The notes under the pieces: model-generated
Databases searched by the model: none
Told to the model about the DNA's origin: nothing
What the model saw: only the letters and a program-made list of their open reading frames with translations
Program-made: the position numbers and the translations under genes
Source: Hypanus sabinus
Lineage: Eukaryota
NCBI RefSeq assembly: GCF_030144855.1
Contig: NC_082709.1
Coordinates: 148,304,001 to 148,368,000 of the forward strand
Length of the DNA: 64,000 bases
Direction of reading: 5' to 3'
Shown here: piece by piece, positions 26,925-40,138 of the stretch
Position numbering within the stretch: the first letter of the stretch is position 1
Layout of the letters: each line of letters begins with the position of its first letter

Positions 26925-27190
26925 CTATAGGTGCTACAGTAACATAGTGATTAGTCTAACACTGTTACAGCTTGGGACTTTCCAGAGATCAGAATTCAAT
27001 TCTGGCAGCACCTGTGAGCTCTCCGTGGAAGGCGTGGGTTTTCCCTGTGTGTTTTGGTTTCTCCTCACAGGAGAAAAGATGTACCAACCTAGTTAATTGG
27101 TCATTGTAAGTTGTCCTCTGACTAGGGTAGGGTTTGTTGGGGGTTAATGGGGCCGTGTGGCTGGAAGGGCCTACTTCACACTGTATCACT
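26925..27190 (+). mobile_element. V-SINE-like element
   Basis: B-box-like GAATTCAATTC, then CTCCGTGGAAGGCGTGGGTTTTCCCTGTGTG, and a CR1-like tail GGAAGGGCCTACTTCACACTGTATC. Confidence 0.6.
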
Positions 27191-27194
27191 AAAT

Positions 27195-27383
27195 TGTTGT
27201 TCCTTTTTGCACCTTGTGATGTATCGGGTGACATTTTTGACATTTCTGAAGCATTTGACTTTTTTTACAAGGCTGAGTTGCAAGCTCACAGACAGAATGT
27301 GTGCAAGGAGCCAGCCAGATTCGAACTCATGCCGAGTTCGCCTCAAAGTCCAGACCTGATGCCACAATACCACCGGCCGGCCA
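27195..27383 (-). mobile_element. tRNA-Gln(TTG)-like SINE with a 13-bp TSD
   Basis: Minus-strand head GGTGGTATTGTGGCATCAGGTCTGGACTTTGAGG...GAGTTCGAATC; TSD TGTATC(A/G)CTAAAT at 27182-27194 and 27384-27396. Confidence 0.75.
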
Positions 27384-28034
27384 TGTATCGCTAAATAGAA
27401 ATAAATAAATATTATCTGTATAACTGTGACAGCAATTCTGAATGTAATTTGTACAGGTTTTTTATACCCAAAGGATACAGCGAAAAGGCTGTGATATGAA
27501 CTGACTCACAGATCAGCCACGAATCTACTTTTTCCAATCTATCTGAAAGTTAATGTTCCTCTAATGAAGTTACCCTGTTTTGTTAACTGCTTGTCTGATT
27601 TCTACATTGTGTGTTCTTTCCATAACTGTTAATAGGAAACTGACACTTAATTCCCACGTGAATGTTAAATACATTCATTTGCTTTATTCTACCAATGAAA
27701 TTCACAATGCATTTCCCATGTTCATCTAAACTTTGTGCTGCTTGACCAGGTTTAAATGAATGCAGTTTTCCCCTCTAAATAAAAATGGTTTTTCCACATT
27801 GCTACTAATTATCACAGAAAATGTTATATATGTCCTTTTGAATAAGAATCTTTTCTACTTAAATAGCAATAGAAATAACCTTAATGGTGCCACTGAAATG
27901 TGATCACAAATATCACTGTAGGTATCAAAACTACTTAAATGCTGATGAAGTGCATGTTCCAAGGCAGTGAGGTGAAATTTTAACCTTGTCCATCTGGATA
28001 AATTGGGAAGTTATTTTAAAAAAGAAATAGATAA

Positions 28035-28262
28035 TAGGAAAGCTTCAATTACAGTGTAGGTGACCCGGATTCAATTGCTGCCACTGCAATTAAGGAGTTT
28101 GTATCTTCATGAAGGTGGGTGTTCCCTCCATGTGCTCTGGTTTCCAGATGTACTGGTTGATAGGTCATTGAAAATTGCCCTGTGATTAGGTTCGGATGAA
28201 ATTGGGGGATTGCTTGGCGTCAAGGCTTGAAGGACCTATTCTGTGCTGTATCAATCAATCAA
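28035..28262 (+). mobile_element. V-SINE-like element
   Basis: GGATTCAATTG B-box-like motif, GTGGGTGTTCCCTCCATGTGCTCTGGTTTCC V-domain-like motif and a (TCAA)n tail. Confidence 0.6.
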
Positions 28263-29280
28263 TAAATAAATCTTGTCCATCAGTGCAGGCTGGCAGATTT
28301 TCCAGACTATTGGATGTTATTTTTTATTACCCACCCTTCCGTTTGCTTCTTTAAGAAGCCACACAATGTAATAAATCTTTCAAAGAACCATCTACGTTTG
28401 AGGAGTGCAGCTGCCAGGATCTGGAGCATGGGATTCGGATCCCCAGAGGGTGGGGAGAGTAGTAATCTCCATCTGCAGTTCAGATGCCAAGCCTTTGGGA
28501 TTTTCCACTGGTGGATCATTGAATGTTTACTGTATGTGCATTTTGATTCCATTTGTTTCTAATCCTAGCCAGTGTGGGTGGTTTTCTGACAGGCAGGGTG
28601 ATGTAACACGATTTCTGCTATAGTGTCACTGGGCTCCAAATAAGTGAAGATGTTGTTCTCCTGTCAAGAAAAGCCGTTTAGCAGTCTTTCTAAACAGAGA
28701 GAGATCCTTCTGAAAAGTAATTTTTGCAACCGAGCTTTTGAATTTTGCTCCAATGTGGTTGGAGTGGGCTGGATCTGCTAACATATTCCTAGTTGTTATG
28801 ATCCAGAAGTTTTGTCTGGCTCATGGCTTAAATGAGACCATGACAGGATTGAGAGGATCCGATTTTCACTTTTGTTCTTGGTTGAAATGTCATGTAGCTG
28901 CAATATGTCTAATGGGTTTTTGCAGCCAACTTGGGGGGGGGGGGGGGGCAGGTGTCACAGTAGCACAGTTGTGTTGATGCAAATGATGCATTACACTGAG
29001 TTTTGATGTACGTGAAATAAATAAAGCAATCCTTTATCTCGGGTTGTTATAAACATTAATCATATTGAAAGTAAAATCAAATGGTCACCTTGCAGTTGTG
29101 GTTTTTTCAGTGTGATTGTATTTTCCTTATTGAGTATGGTTGTAACTTTGCTTCCCTGTTAAGCTAATGAGAGAGGTTGGACTGTAATAATTCAGGCTGG
29201 ATTTCTGATTTCTCCCAGTCACAAAAGTGAGTCCTCCTCTGGGGCACATTTCAACAACCCTGTCCCAAAGTGAGAATTAG

Positions 29281-29485
29281 TGTACACATGTTGGACAAAC
29301 TCACCAGGTAAGGCAGCATTTAAATGAACAGTTGATGTTTCAGGCTGAGACCCTTCATCAGGTCTTGGGTGGGAATTTTGACTGCTCCTTTCACTTTATA
29401 GATGTTACCTAACCTGCCGAATTCCTCTAGTATTTCGTGTGTGTGTTTCTGTGGATATCCAGCATCTACAGAATCTCTTGTATTT
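29281..29485 (+). mobile_element. Fold-back pLTR element with a minus-strand hammerhead motif (29330-29365)
   Basis: Centre GAGACCCTTCATCAGGTCTTGG; the minus strand reads AGAC CUGAUGA A GGG UCUCAG CCU GAAA CAUC AACU. Confidence 0.75.
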
Positions 29486-30420
29486 AAGAAAGCCATGTAT
29501 ATTTCTTGTGGCCGGTTAGTCTCTGTATCAGGAAATCTACTCCACTGTCGAACCAAATTTCAGTGATGGGGTCTCCCCCCAGAGCGACAAATTGTCCCGA
29601 GCCTATATCTCATTTCGAACTGTCACAGGAAAATGGATTTTTGGCTAATTTTCAAGTATTCTAGGTTGAAATTCTTTGCAAATAGCTAATGAACATGTAA
29701 TGACAGTCATTTAAGTGATCACTTTCAAATGAAAACCATTAATTGAAGTAAGTTTTTTTTTATATATCCTCTAAAATAAATACCAACCAAAACCTAAGCA
29801 TCAACTGAGGCGCACCAGAGTAAAAGCAACAAAAATCTTCTCGTCATGCCAGCCAGCAACAGGTTCCTACCCTCCACTAATCCTCCTACTCACATCTCAA
29901 CTCCACAGAAAAATATAAACAGCCTTGTTTTAATAATTCTAGTATTTTGTTACACGTCAGAACTCTGTTACTTTCAGAGGTTGTTGCATCTACATTGCTA
30001 TTCTTAAAGGAAAGTAAAGCTATTTTTCCCTTTTCAACCATTTTGGATCCTCCTCAGCAGCATGGCCAGCATGCTTATGCTATGAGTAAAGTATTAATTT
30101 TATTAATTTATCTGTTTGGAGCCACGGAAACATGAACAAATTAGCCCCCACCACCCAGGACATGCCCTTTTCTCATTGCTACCATGAGGAAGAAGGTACA
30201 GAAGCTGAAGGCATACACTCAGCAATTCAGGAACAGCTTCTTCCCCTCTGCCATCCCATTCCTAAATGGACATTGAATTCACGAACACTACCTCACTATT
30301 GGTTTTTAATTCTGTTTATTTTTGCACCACCTATTTTTAAATTAATTATTTAACAGACATGGATGTCCTTGCGGTAATTCAGTACATTTTCTCTATGTTT
30401 GTTTATCATGTATTCGCTGC

Positions 30421-31064
30421 CATTGCGCAGCCACTCCAGGAATGAATATCTGTTATCTGTAAGTAGGGGCCATGCACAATCCTGATTTGATGGAGACGGA
30501 TGTGTGAAGCACGGAGGAATATCTGGTGAAGCTTCTGTCATGCCAGTTTCGCTACCGCTGCTACTATGCAATCGAGAAATCTCCGGAGAGGAAGGCCCCA
30601 AGTACTCGGCTTTGCCTGTTGCTTGGCGGCTGGGGCTGGGGTCGAAGCGCTCAGCAGAGATGGTGCTCGGTGTCGGAGGGCTGGTTGGAGGCTCGAAGTT
30701 TTTCGGACGGACTCAGAGTTGGCCGTGGTCGGATGCTTCCAGAGGCTGTATCGGCAAGCTTTGCAGCATTGGAGGTTCATGGCAGGAAGAGTTTTTCTTC
30801 CTTCTACCGTCTATGTGAGATCATGGGCTATCGAGGACTTTGAGTCTTTCTTTTACCGTGTCCATGGTTTGCTTTTATCAAATTACAGCATTGCTTTGCA
30901 CTGTTGTAACTATATGTTATAATTACGTGGTTTTTGTAAGTTAGTCTTGGTCTGTCTTGTGTTTTTGTGATATCATACTGGAGGAACATTGTATCATTTC
31001 TTAATGTATGCATTACTGAATGACAATAAACGAGGACTGAGTGTCCTCACAATCTAATCTAATC
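30421..31064 (+). mobile_element. CpG-rich-headed non-autonomous retroelement nested in a Rex/Babar 3' end
   Basis: Ends AATAAAC-GAGGAC-TGAGT-GTCCTC-ACAATCTAATCTAATC (stem-loop plus tandem tail); host Rex-like sequence at about 30130-30420 resumes at about 31065-31130. Confidence 0.65.
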
Positions 31065-34000
31065 GAACCACTGTTGTAAAGTTAATGAATTTCATGATAC
31101 ATGCCAGTGATATCAAACCTGAGCTCAGCCAATGAGCAATGATGGATAACGTTGAATACCTCAAAGCAGCACAATATAGCAGCCACAAAAATAACAGAAT
31201 TCTCTGAATGCTGAACTAGAAAATATCCTCCTTCCCCCAACAGACCGTTGCTGTGCTTGTTCCAGTGCAGTCATTCAAGCTGCCTATACCAAAACCTTAA
31301 ACCAAACTGATCATGATGTTTCATTATTGCAGTAAATAGTGCTTGGGTGGGTTAAATTTGCTACATAAATCTGCATACAACTTCTTTAAACTCTGCTTCC
31401 TCAGCCCACGCTGATTATTTTGGTGTGGACTTTGATGAGAACCGTTCTCCAATGGAGATCTGAGACTCTTGCACAAGTGTACGCGAACGCTGGAATCCTG
31501 GCCTTTGCAAGTGGGATTGGTTTTGTCAACGGCTACTCCCCATGACATGGAGTCCAATTGTGGAACAGTAACTTCCTGCAATTCTCCAGCATCTGGGTTG
31601 GGGAATTTGCTTTCTGAATCTGAGCCAGCAGAAGAATGATAATACCATTTACTACAATAGAGCAGGAATAAAGAAAATACTTTAAGCATATCTTTGTTAA
31701 CTGAGTTCACTTGTTTTCAATTTTTTTTATTTTACTTAGTTCAATTTTCCACAGCTTTTTACTGACAGCCAACTTAATGCAGAGTCACGGCTTAGATGGC
31801 TGTCGGTTTTTTCAGCATTCAAGTGGGATCAGTCCTTGCCCAATCACATATACTATTTATGTGTGGAAGGGCAAGCACTGCATTTGACCTTCATGGACAG
31901 GTAGAAGCCAACTTTATTGAGGTGGTCATTGCTGGCACAACAGTTGAAAGCAAATGTGCACTGAGGGATATGTGGTACTGCCAGGAAATTCAAGTCGTGT
32001 GACTTCTTCACTCTTTGACGTGGTTTTCTCAACACTGCCCATGTGGGGCAAAGATGGAGGTTGTGCTGTGACGACCTGTCCAAGGCTGCTTCCTGCCAGA
32101 CAGTATCCTATTTATTGTCTGGCTCTGCTTGGAGGTAACCGTCTCGAAAATCCTATGTGTGCGTAATACTGCCTACAGTTAGTTCTGGATCCTTCAAGAG
32201 CACTTTTAAGAGCGTTAATCTTGAATACATTAATCCTGAATACATCCAAATAAGTCCTTGAGCTATTTTATAAATTCAAATCCCTACAACCATTTGCATG
32301 ATCATGTATTGACAGGGTGTGCAACAAAGTTAACTGGAAAAAACTTCAGACTACATGGTGTAGGAGGGCAAGTGTTTTTGTTCCTTTCTTTAGCTTTTAG
32401 ACCAGTGTACACTTCAATAACAAAGGTAGAATTTAATATGTATTCAAAATTCTTGTGATATTACATCACTGAACTGAATAGTAATTAGTGAAATTAAAAT
32501 GTGTGCAGTTCACCCCAATACCATTGACCCTTCAATGTTGGAGAATACAGGAACATATAGTAATTTTCTGTGATTCATCTTCAAATTTCAAGTCTGAGAG
32601 CTGCCCAAATATCCACAGCAAAACCTTTTCTAAGAAATTTTATAGACATCACTTTCTTGCAATGACACACAGAAACTTTAGTGAAGGGGAATTGATGATC
32701 GATAATTTGCCATGAATATTCAGACTCGGATTCACTTATCACCTGTACATTAAAACATACTGTGAAATGTACATTTGCATTAACAACCAACACAGCCAGC
32801 CATGTGATGGGGGCACCCCACAGGTGTTGACACATGTTCTTGTGTCAACATTGCTTGCCCTCATTGTTTGGCAGAGCAATAAGTTCTGGTGGCACCTGAC
32901 TTGTTAATGATTGTATTTCGGGGAGAAATTTTTAAAGTTATTGCAGTGGTTAGTCTGTCTTTTATTGATATATTTGCACTTTACCCTGTTGTGAAGCACT
33001 TTGAACTATATTATATGAAAAGTGCTCCATAAATAAGTTGTTGTTATGTTTAATTTTATCATGTGATGTTTGAGTTGGTGTCCAGCATGATGAAATCGCT
33101 GCCCAAGTGCTTCACAAAAATCAACTTTGTGAGGCATTTGCAGTCACATGATAATGTTGAATGTTACACTGTAGAAATAGACCATTCAGAAAATACCTCT
33201 AGTGTGCTTGCAAGTGGTGGAATCTGTGGGGATTTGGGGGAAATGGGTATAGTATGATTAGAATAAATATGTCACTGATGGTCAGTGCCAAATTTGGGGG
33301 CTATGAGGCTTTTTTCTGTTCTGCAAGTTTCTTAAAAGAAAACCTCCCCAAATTGATGTTGGCAAATCTTACTCAGTTTTCCTGCTTGGTTTAATTAATA
33401 TTTTTTCTAAGCAGCAGTTTGTTGTTTCGTTTATATACAGGTGAAGGACCCCAACAGCCTGAAGTTACTTGTTTATATAAATAATTTGCTATGGTGATGA
33501 GGAATATCCTTGCAGTGTTAATGCTCTGCAACTTTTCATGTTTTGCGACTGTCAGATTCAGCGTCAAGAACCAGTGTGAAGGAGTATTAACATTCATAAG
33601 GATGGACTGACCAAATATTATAGTGCCATAGGACTTGTCTCGACATATCTACAGTATGATTAGTGTGAGCTTTCACTCTACTTGTTGAAGCAGATATAAA
33701 ATTGACATAGTAATCTTTGGCAATGGTAAATCTGGAAATCTGAAATAAAGATAGAAAATAAAGACTCATTAGGTCTGGCAACATCTATGGAAAGACATAA
33801 TAACAGCCTTTACAACTGCGAGGTCCTTCTAAAGTTCTGTCTGTCAATCTTGCCAGCACTATGTTCTAATGATATATGCATTTAAATTTGTGAACTCATT
33901 CATGCACAAAGTGTCAGTTATGATACAAAGAAATCCATAAAGTGAAACATAATCCGAGGTAATCCTAGATTCTAAGTCACTCCATTTTACCTTGCCAAAT

Positions 34001-35929
34001 GATTGAAAATGCATGATTGAGTTGCAAGTCTTTTAGTCCTGTTAACTTCCTCCTCTTTTAATAGATCTTGCCGTAGAAGAGACTACATTAATAGAACCAG
34101 GGTTCTGTTCTTCATGGGAAGGATACGGCTTGTATTTTGTCAGCTTATTGATAAGCAATGCAGGCTTTGAAAATCTAGTTTATATTTATGGAATCCTTAA
34201 CAGCATTTATATTTCATGGAAGGCATTATAATTCCCAAGCTGTCATAGTTTTGGAGACAGCACAGCCAGATATCTCTAACTCAAATTTAAAGTTCAGAAC
34301 AGGAAAGTAATTAAATTGGTTTATTAGGACAGACCACATGCAGTGGGTGTAATGGAAATTTCACATCCATTCCTGCAAAGAATGAGTAAGTTCACATCAT
34401 GTCTTCTGTCACAGACTGTTGAGTTTCTATTTGCCTTGGCATTACTACATTAGAGCTAACTGGATTTGTTTATCAGAATTTTTCCAGATGGCAGGTCTTA
34501 TCACTCTTTTGTAGCTATATTTCACCTTTTTCCCTCTGGTAGACTTGAGAACAAATCTACCCCACGCACTAACTGCACAAAGATATCCAAAAAGATGCAA
34601 AATTAGACCCGTGTAAATTGCATCTTCTGTAATAACGGGGACTTGACTTTGTTCACTGGTAAGTGTACTTGAATCCAACCCACTAAGGCAGTTCGGGAGC
34701 GCAGGGGGAAGGATGTGTTTGACTCATAATTAGAATGAATGACAAATGCCTTCCCTGCCAGAAACTTAACATGACCTATGAGGTATAAATTAAGTTTATA
34801 AACTTCATTCATTTGACAACAGCAATTAATAGTATTTGCACTGAAGTTTGTACAACGTTCCAGTTAATATTGATGTATCACTAATCCCTCTTGTACATAA
34901 ACTTAAAAAAAGAGAAATACTCTCACAGATATAGAAGTATTATTATATAACTAGATAAATATTAACACAGAAAATGGAACTACTTTAAGCATATAAACCA
35001 TGTCCTTATCCATGGATGTTGGGCACCTTATGCATTGGCTTCTCAACCTTCTGCTGTGCTCTAAGACTAGTGTTCATTTTTTTTCTTTTGTACTATGCAC
35101 CTTGCATAATTTGGTAGCCTGGGACACTCACTCATCATGTGCAATAAAATTTGGCACTCAGTACTGATCAAAGTTTATCAATTACACCTTCATGGCTATT
35201 TTGTTCCTGGCTGGAAGATGAGAAAGCTCAGTGTACTTTCACCTGTGCTGCTTGTGCAGCAGATTGTTTTTTCATCTCTGTGACCTTGCCCTTGTGTTCC
35301 TTTTTGATTTGATAATGTAATTCAACTGGAAAGTTCAAAACTGAAGATGAGGTTCTGTTGGATCATTTGAAGATTTAAAGTTCTCTTTTTGTTTTTGAAG
35401 AGAACTTTGGATATAGGAGTTCAAGAAATGAGATTCCAAACTTAGGCTCTGAAGGTATGATGACCTCAAAACCATAAGTCTTGAGGTGGGTGTACAACCT
35501 CAACTGAGAGCTTAATTTTAGAGCTCTGAACAAATATTTAGATTCCTAATTTTAGTTTGCATTTCGGGGTACTTTTTCTGTTACAAGTGATTAGATTCTC
35601 CTCAATGCTATTAGCACTCTTTTCCAGGGCTATATTAGACTTGCATAAATTGCACTATAAAATCGGAAGAGTGACCTTGAAAAATGTGAGGTCGGCGCAG
35701 AACAGGCCAGTGTCGCGGTTAAGAAAGAGGCCGTGTTAGAGGTTTGAAAAGTATTAGGATAGTTAAGTCCTGGGGGCCAGACAGGATATCTCCTAGGTAA
35801 CTGCAAGTTTTGTTGTGGGGCTAGGTATGATTGAGGCAGAGAACAGGCTCTGCCTCAGTCACACCTAGCCCCACAGTAACAAAGTTTTCCCCATTTCAGC
35901 AGTATGCAACAATATCATATGTATGACCC

Positions 35930-36140
35930 ATGAGATGCTGGGAGAACTCAGCGGGTCAGGCAGCATCTGTGGGGGGGAGGGAGTACAGTCATCGTTTTGG
36001 GCTCAGACCCTTTGCCCTTCGGTAGGACTGAGGCCTCAACTGTGCTCTTTTCCGTGGATGCTGCCTGGCCTACTGAGTTCCTCCAGCACTTTGTGTGTGT
36101 TGCTTGGATCTCCAGCATCTGCAGATTTTCTCTCGTTTGT
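35930..36140 (+). mobile_element. Fold-back pLTR element, hammerhead core degenerate
   Basis: Arms 35935-35972 and 36052-36089 are reverse-complementary; the extended tail is on the right. Confidence 0.75.
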
Positions 36141-36312
36141 CATACGTATTGCTGTCTGAAGCCCAGAAGCCATGTCACTTAGCTCCCCAGAATTATTCAT
36201 TTTTACCACGGCAGCATGGAATTACACCACAATACCCAGTCCCAATATGTCCGTATCCTGGTCTGTCTGCCTCAACAGCTTTGTTCACCATGAATTAGAA
36301 AGTCACCTCACT

Positions 36313-36801
36313 ACAGGAAGGATGTGGATGCTTTACAGAGAGTGCAGAGGAGATTTACAAGGATGTTGCCTGGATTGGAGAGTGTGACTTTAGAAAATAG
36401 GTTGAGTGAGCTTGGCCTTTTCTCCCTGGAGTGAGAGAGGATGAGAGGTGACCTGATAGAGGTGTATAAGATGATGAGAGGCATTGATCATGCGGATAAC
36501 CAGAGGCTTTTTCCCAGAGCTGAAATGCCTAACGTGAGGGGGCATGGCTTTAAGAGCTTGGAAGTAGGTACAGCGGGGATGTCAGGGGTAATTTTATCAC
36601 AGAAAGTGGTGGGCGCGTGGAATGTGCTGCTGGTGATGGTGCTAGAGGGGAATACATTAGGGTCTTTAAGAGATATGGAACTCAGTAAAACTGAGGGCTA
36701 TTTGATAGGGAAATTCTAGACTGTTTCTAGAGTAGGTTACATGGTCAGCACAATATTGTGGGCTGAAGGGCCTGTAATGTGCTGCAGATTTCTATGTTCT
36801 A
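36313..36801 (+). mobile_element. CR1 LINE 3' end
   Basis: MRGDLIEVYKMMRGID...RLFPRAEM; tail TTCTATGTTCTA. Confidence 0.88.
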
Positions 36802-36806
36802 AAACC

Positions 36807-37740
36807 TCAAAATCAGATTTAATATCACTGGCATATGTCATGAAATCAGTTGTTATGTGGCAGCAGTGCATTGCAATACGTAATAAAAAATGTTGCAGTA
36901 AATAAAGTTAAATAATGCAAAAAGAGAAAGAAAACAGTGGGGTAGTGTTCGTGGATTCAACATCCATTCAGAAATCTGCTGGCAGAGTGGAAGAAGCTAT
37001 TCCTGAATTGTTGAGTATCTGCCTTCAGGTTCTTGTACATCCTCCCTGATGGTAGCAATAAGAAGAGGGCTGGGTAATGGGGGGGGTCCTTAATGATGGA
37101 TAGTGACTTTTGAAGATTTCGCTCCTTGAGGATGCCCTGGATATTGAGGCGGTTAGTGGCCATAATACAACTAACTGAGTTCGCAATCTTTTGCAGCTTA
37201 TTTCAATACTGTGCGGTGCCCCTTCCCCCATACCAGAAGATGATGCAGCAAGTTAGAATGCTCTCCATGGTAGGTCTGCAGACACTTGCGAGTGTCTTCA
37301 GTGACAGACCAAATCTCCTCAAACTCCTAATGAAGTATAGCCATTGTTGTGCCTTCTTTGTAACTGCATCGATATGCTGGGCCCAGGGTAGATCCTCAGA
37401 TATCGACACCCAGGAACTTAATTGCTCACTCATTCCACTTCTGATCCTTCGATGAGGACTGGTGTGTATGCGCCCTCGTCTTGCCCTTTTTGAAGTCCAC
37501 AGTCAATTCTTCAGTCCTAACGACATTGAGTTCACAGTTGTAGCTGGGACACCACTCATCTAGCTGATCAGCCTTGCTCCTGTATGTACACGTCCTCATC
37601 ACCATCTGAAATTTTACCAACAATAGAAATGTTATTGGCAAGTTCATAGACCTTTGACCTAGTTATGGGTGTAGCGAGAGTAGAACATTGGGCTAAGCAC
37701 ATATTTTGAGGTGCACCAGTGTTGATTATTTCCTGGGCAG
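36807..37740 (-). mobile_element. Rex/Babar-like LINE 3' end
   Basis: Minus ORFs EDLPWAQHID...KKAQQWLYFIRSLRRFG...ESILTCCI and IIKDPPHYPALFLLLPSGR. Confidence 0.85.
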
Positions 37741-37754
37741 AGAAGTGAATGATG

Positions 37755-38443
37755 GAGTTCAAACTAGAAAAGTATGAAGTTGTGCACTTTGGAAGTTTGA
37801 GCTCGAAGGCAGAGCGCCAGGCTAATGGCTCGATTCTTAGCTGTGTGGAGGAAAAGAGGGATCTTGGAGTCGGTGTCCACAGATCCCTCAAAGTTGCCAT
37901 GCAAGTTTAGTCAGGGGTTTGAGTTAGAGTCAGAGGTCCTGTTGCAGCTTTATAAAACTCTAGTTAGACTGCAGCTGGAGTATTGTGTTCAGTGTGGTCA
38001 TCTCATTTTAGGGAGCAAATGGAAGCTTTAGAGAGAAAGGGCAGAGGAGAGTTACCAAGCTGATGCCTGGATTAGAATGCATGTCTCGTGAGGAAAGGTT
38101 GAGAGAGCTAGAGCTTTTTTCTTTGCAGCAAAGGAATGTGAGAGGTGACTTCACAGAGGTATATAAGAATGTAAGATGCATACATTGGACAGCCAGTGCC
38201 TTTTACCCAATGCAGCAGTGACCAATACCAGAGGACATCTGTTTAAGGTGAATGGAGGAATGCTCAGGGAAGATGGTAAAGGTAGACATTTAAACACAGT
38301 GATTGATGTCTGGAATGTGTCACTGGGTGGTGGAAGATGCTGGTACATTTCAAAGACTGAGGCACATGGATATAATGTTAGATTGATCTAACAAGATGGG
38401 CCAAAGGGTCAATTCTACCCTATTAATGCTGTTCTATGTTCTA
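37755..38443 (+). mobile_element. CR1 LINE 3' end
   Basis: KYEVVHFG, LYKTLVRLQLEYCVQ and RGHLFKV motifs; tail TTCTATGTTCTA. Confidence 0.82.
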
Positions 38444-38738
38444 AAATTATCAAATGTTCGAATTTTATGGATGGCTATCGCCTTGTAAAATTTATTTCCA
38501 ATGAACTGTGTGTGAATTGATGGTGTGTGAATTTATTCAAGAATCCAAACAGGCACAGTATTTTTGTCTCATCTCTTCAGAAGCTCTTGTTTCTTATTTT
38601 CTTCAAAGGTATCAGTGAGACAAATGGCTCCATATCCCTGACCTTCAGCATACCATGAGCAAGTATAGGAGCAGATGATATGGGACAATATTTAATTGGA
38701 GGAGGCCTAATTATGTTGGTACTAAGCAGGAACTTGGA

Positions 38739-38931
38739 AGCGTAACTTTGAAGCAGATAAACTCTTCTCGGGCTTCCAGTCAGGTACAGTTATCGATTAT
38801 AACTGATGTTTTGATGACAAACTGCCGTCTTCATGAAGATTGATGCCTGTATATAATTGATAATTGATACCTGTACCTGGCTGGAAATTCAAGAGTTTAT
38901 TCATCATATACGCTGGGAAAGCACTAGATCC
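38739..38931. mobile_element. Fold-back element of a second PLE-like family with a degenerate hammerhead motif
   Basis: Arms 38757-38800 and 38853-38900 are inverted; the minus-strand centre reads UUCAUGA AG ACGGCAG UUUGUCAU C AAAA CAUC. Confidence 0.55.
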
Positions 38932-38949
38932 TTTTTGAAGCAGATGTTT

Positions 38950-39350
38950 TTTCTGAACCTTTAGAGAGGGTGCACAGGATATATACCAGAGTGCTACCTG
39001 GATTAGAAAATGTATCTTGAGCAAGCTAGGGCTTTTCTGTTTGCAGTGAAGGAGGATGAGGTGAAGGGTGTATAAAATTATGGGAGGTGTTAATAAGAGT
39101 ACACAACCAGCATCTTTTTGCCAAGACCAGGACACATCTGTTTAACGTGAGTGGAGGAAAAGTTCAGGATGGATGTCAGAAGTAGGATCTTTACACACAA
39201 AGTGGTGGGTGACTGGAAGGCCCATGGATGTCAGATAAATGAAGGGTTATAGGATGTGTAGGAAGGAAGGGTTGGAATGATTATGTAATAGTTTTAATAG
39301 GTCAGCACAACATTGTGGGTCGAATGGACTTTGCTATGATATACCGTTCT
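38950..39350 (+). mobile_element. CR1 LINE 3' end, degenerate
   Basis: LERVHRIYTRVLPGL and FYTQSGG-like motifs plus a CR1-type tail. Confidence 0.65.
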
Positions 39351-40138
39351 GTATTGCAGCAGATTCAGGTTCAACCAAATAGAAAGTGAAATGTGGAAAA
39401 TCTGTAAGTTCTGTTAAATGGCCGTTCATTATTTCTCCAGTCCACTTCAGTGGTTGTATTTGCATGATGAATAGAAACTACATGTTGACAGTGTTGAATC
39501 TTGTCAACTTCCACCCATGTACCTGTTTAATCATTTGAGGAATCTCACTTACTGTCTAAAGTTGTGTCAAACATTGAAAATTAAAAAGCGTCATTGATTT
39601 AGCATGCAACTTGCATTGTTTGTAGTCTTTTAATCTGACTGTTTATGGTGATGCATAGCTGCTTACCTTGTTCTGAGACCCAAGAGTCCTAATTTCCTCA
39701 CTGATATTATTGACATGCACTTTCATGAACATGCAGTGCTGGTTTTAAATAACCATATGGGCAAACCTATTAATTGTGCAATCACAGGAAATCATGGTCC
39801 ATTATGGTGTTCTTCGCGTTGTCCCTATCTTGTTCAAATGACCATTGTGCATTGGCTCGGGGTAACAAGAAGAATGAAATACACAAGTGTACAGTCCATG
39901 AGTGCTTAGATGATATCTTGAACAATGGGGTCCTTATTATACAGCCAGCTGCATCAGGGTTTTAGTTGGCTGTGTTAGTTAGGGAACCAATTTAATGATG
40001 AGCTCACGGTTACACTTGTAACCAGAATGGTCTTGAAAGAAACACGAGTCGAGATGTAAAATGTGGATCCTGACTGGAAGCTGTATCTTGGGAAATATGC
40101 TAGAGATAATGTGTAGTGCTAATAAATGCCCTTTTCTA

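Noticed and set aside
30504-30922. Several overlapping 80-118 aa ORFs
   Set aside because: A by-product of high GC content in a non-autonomous retroelement; no domain similarity.
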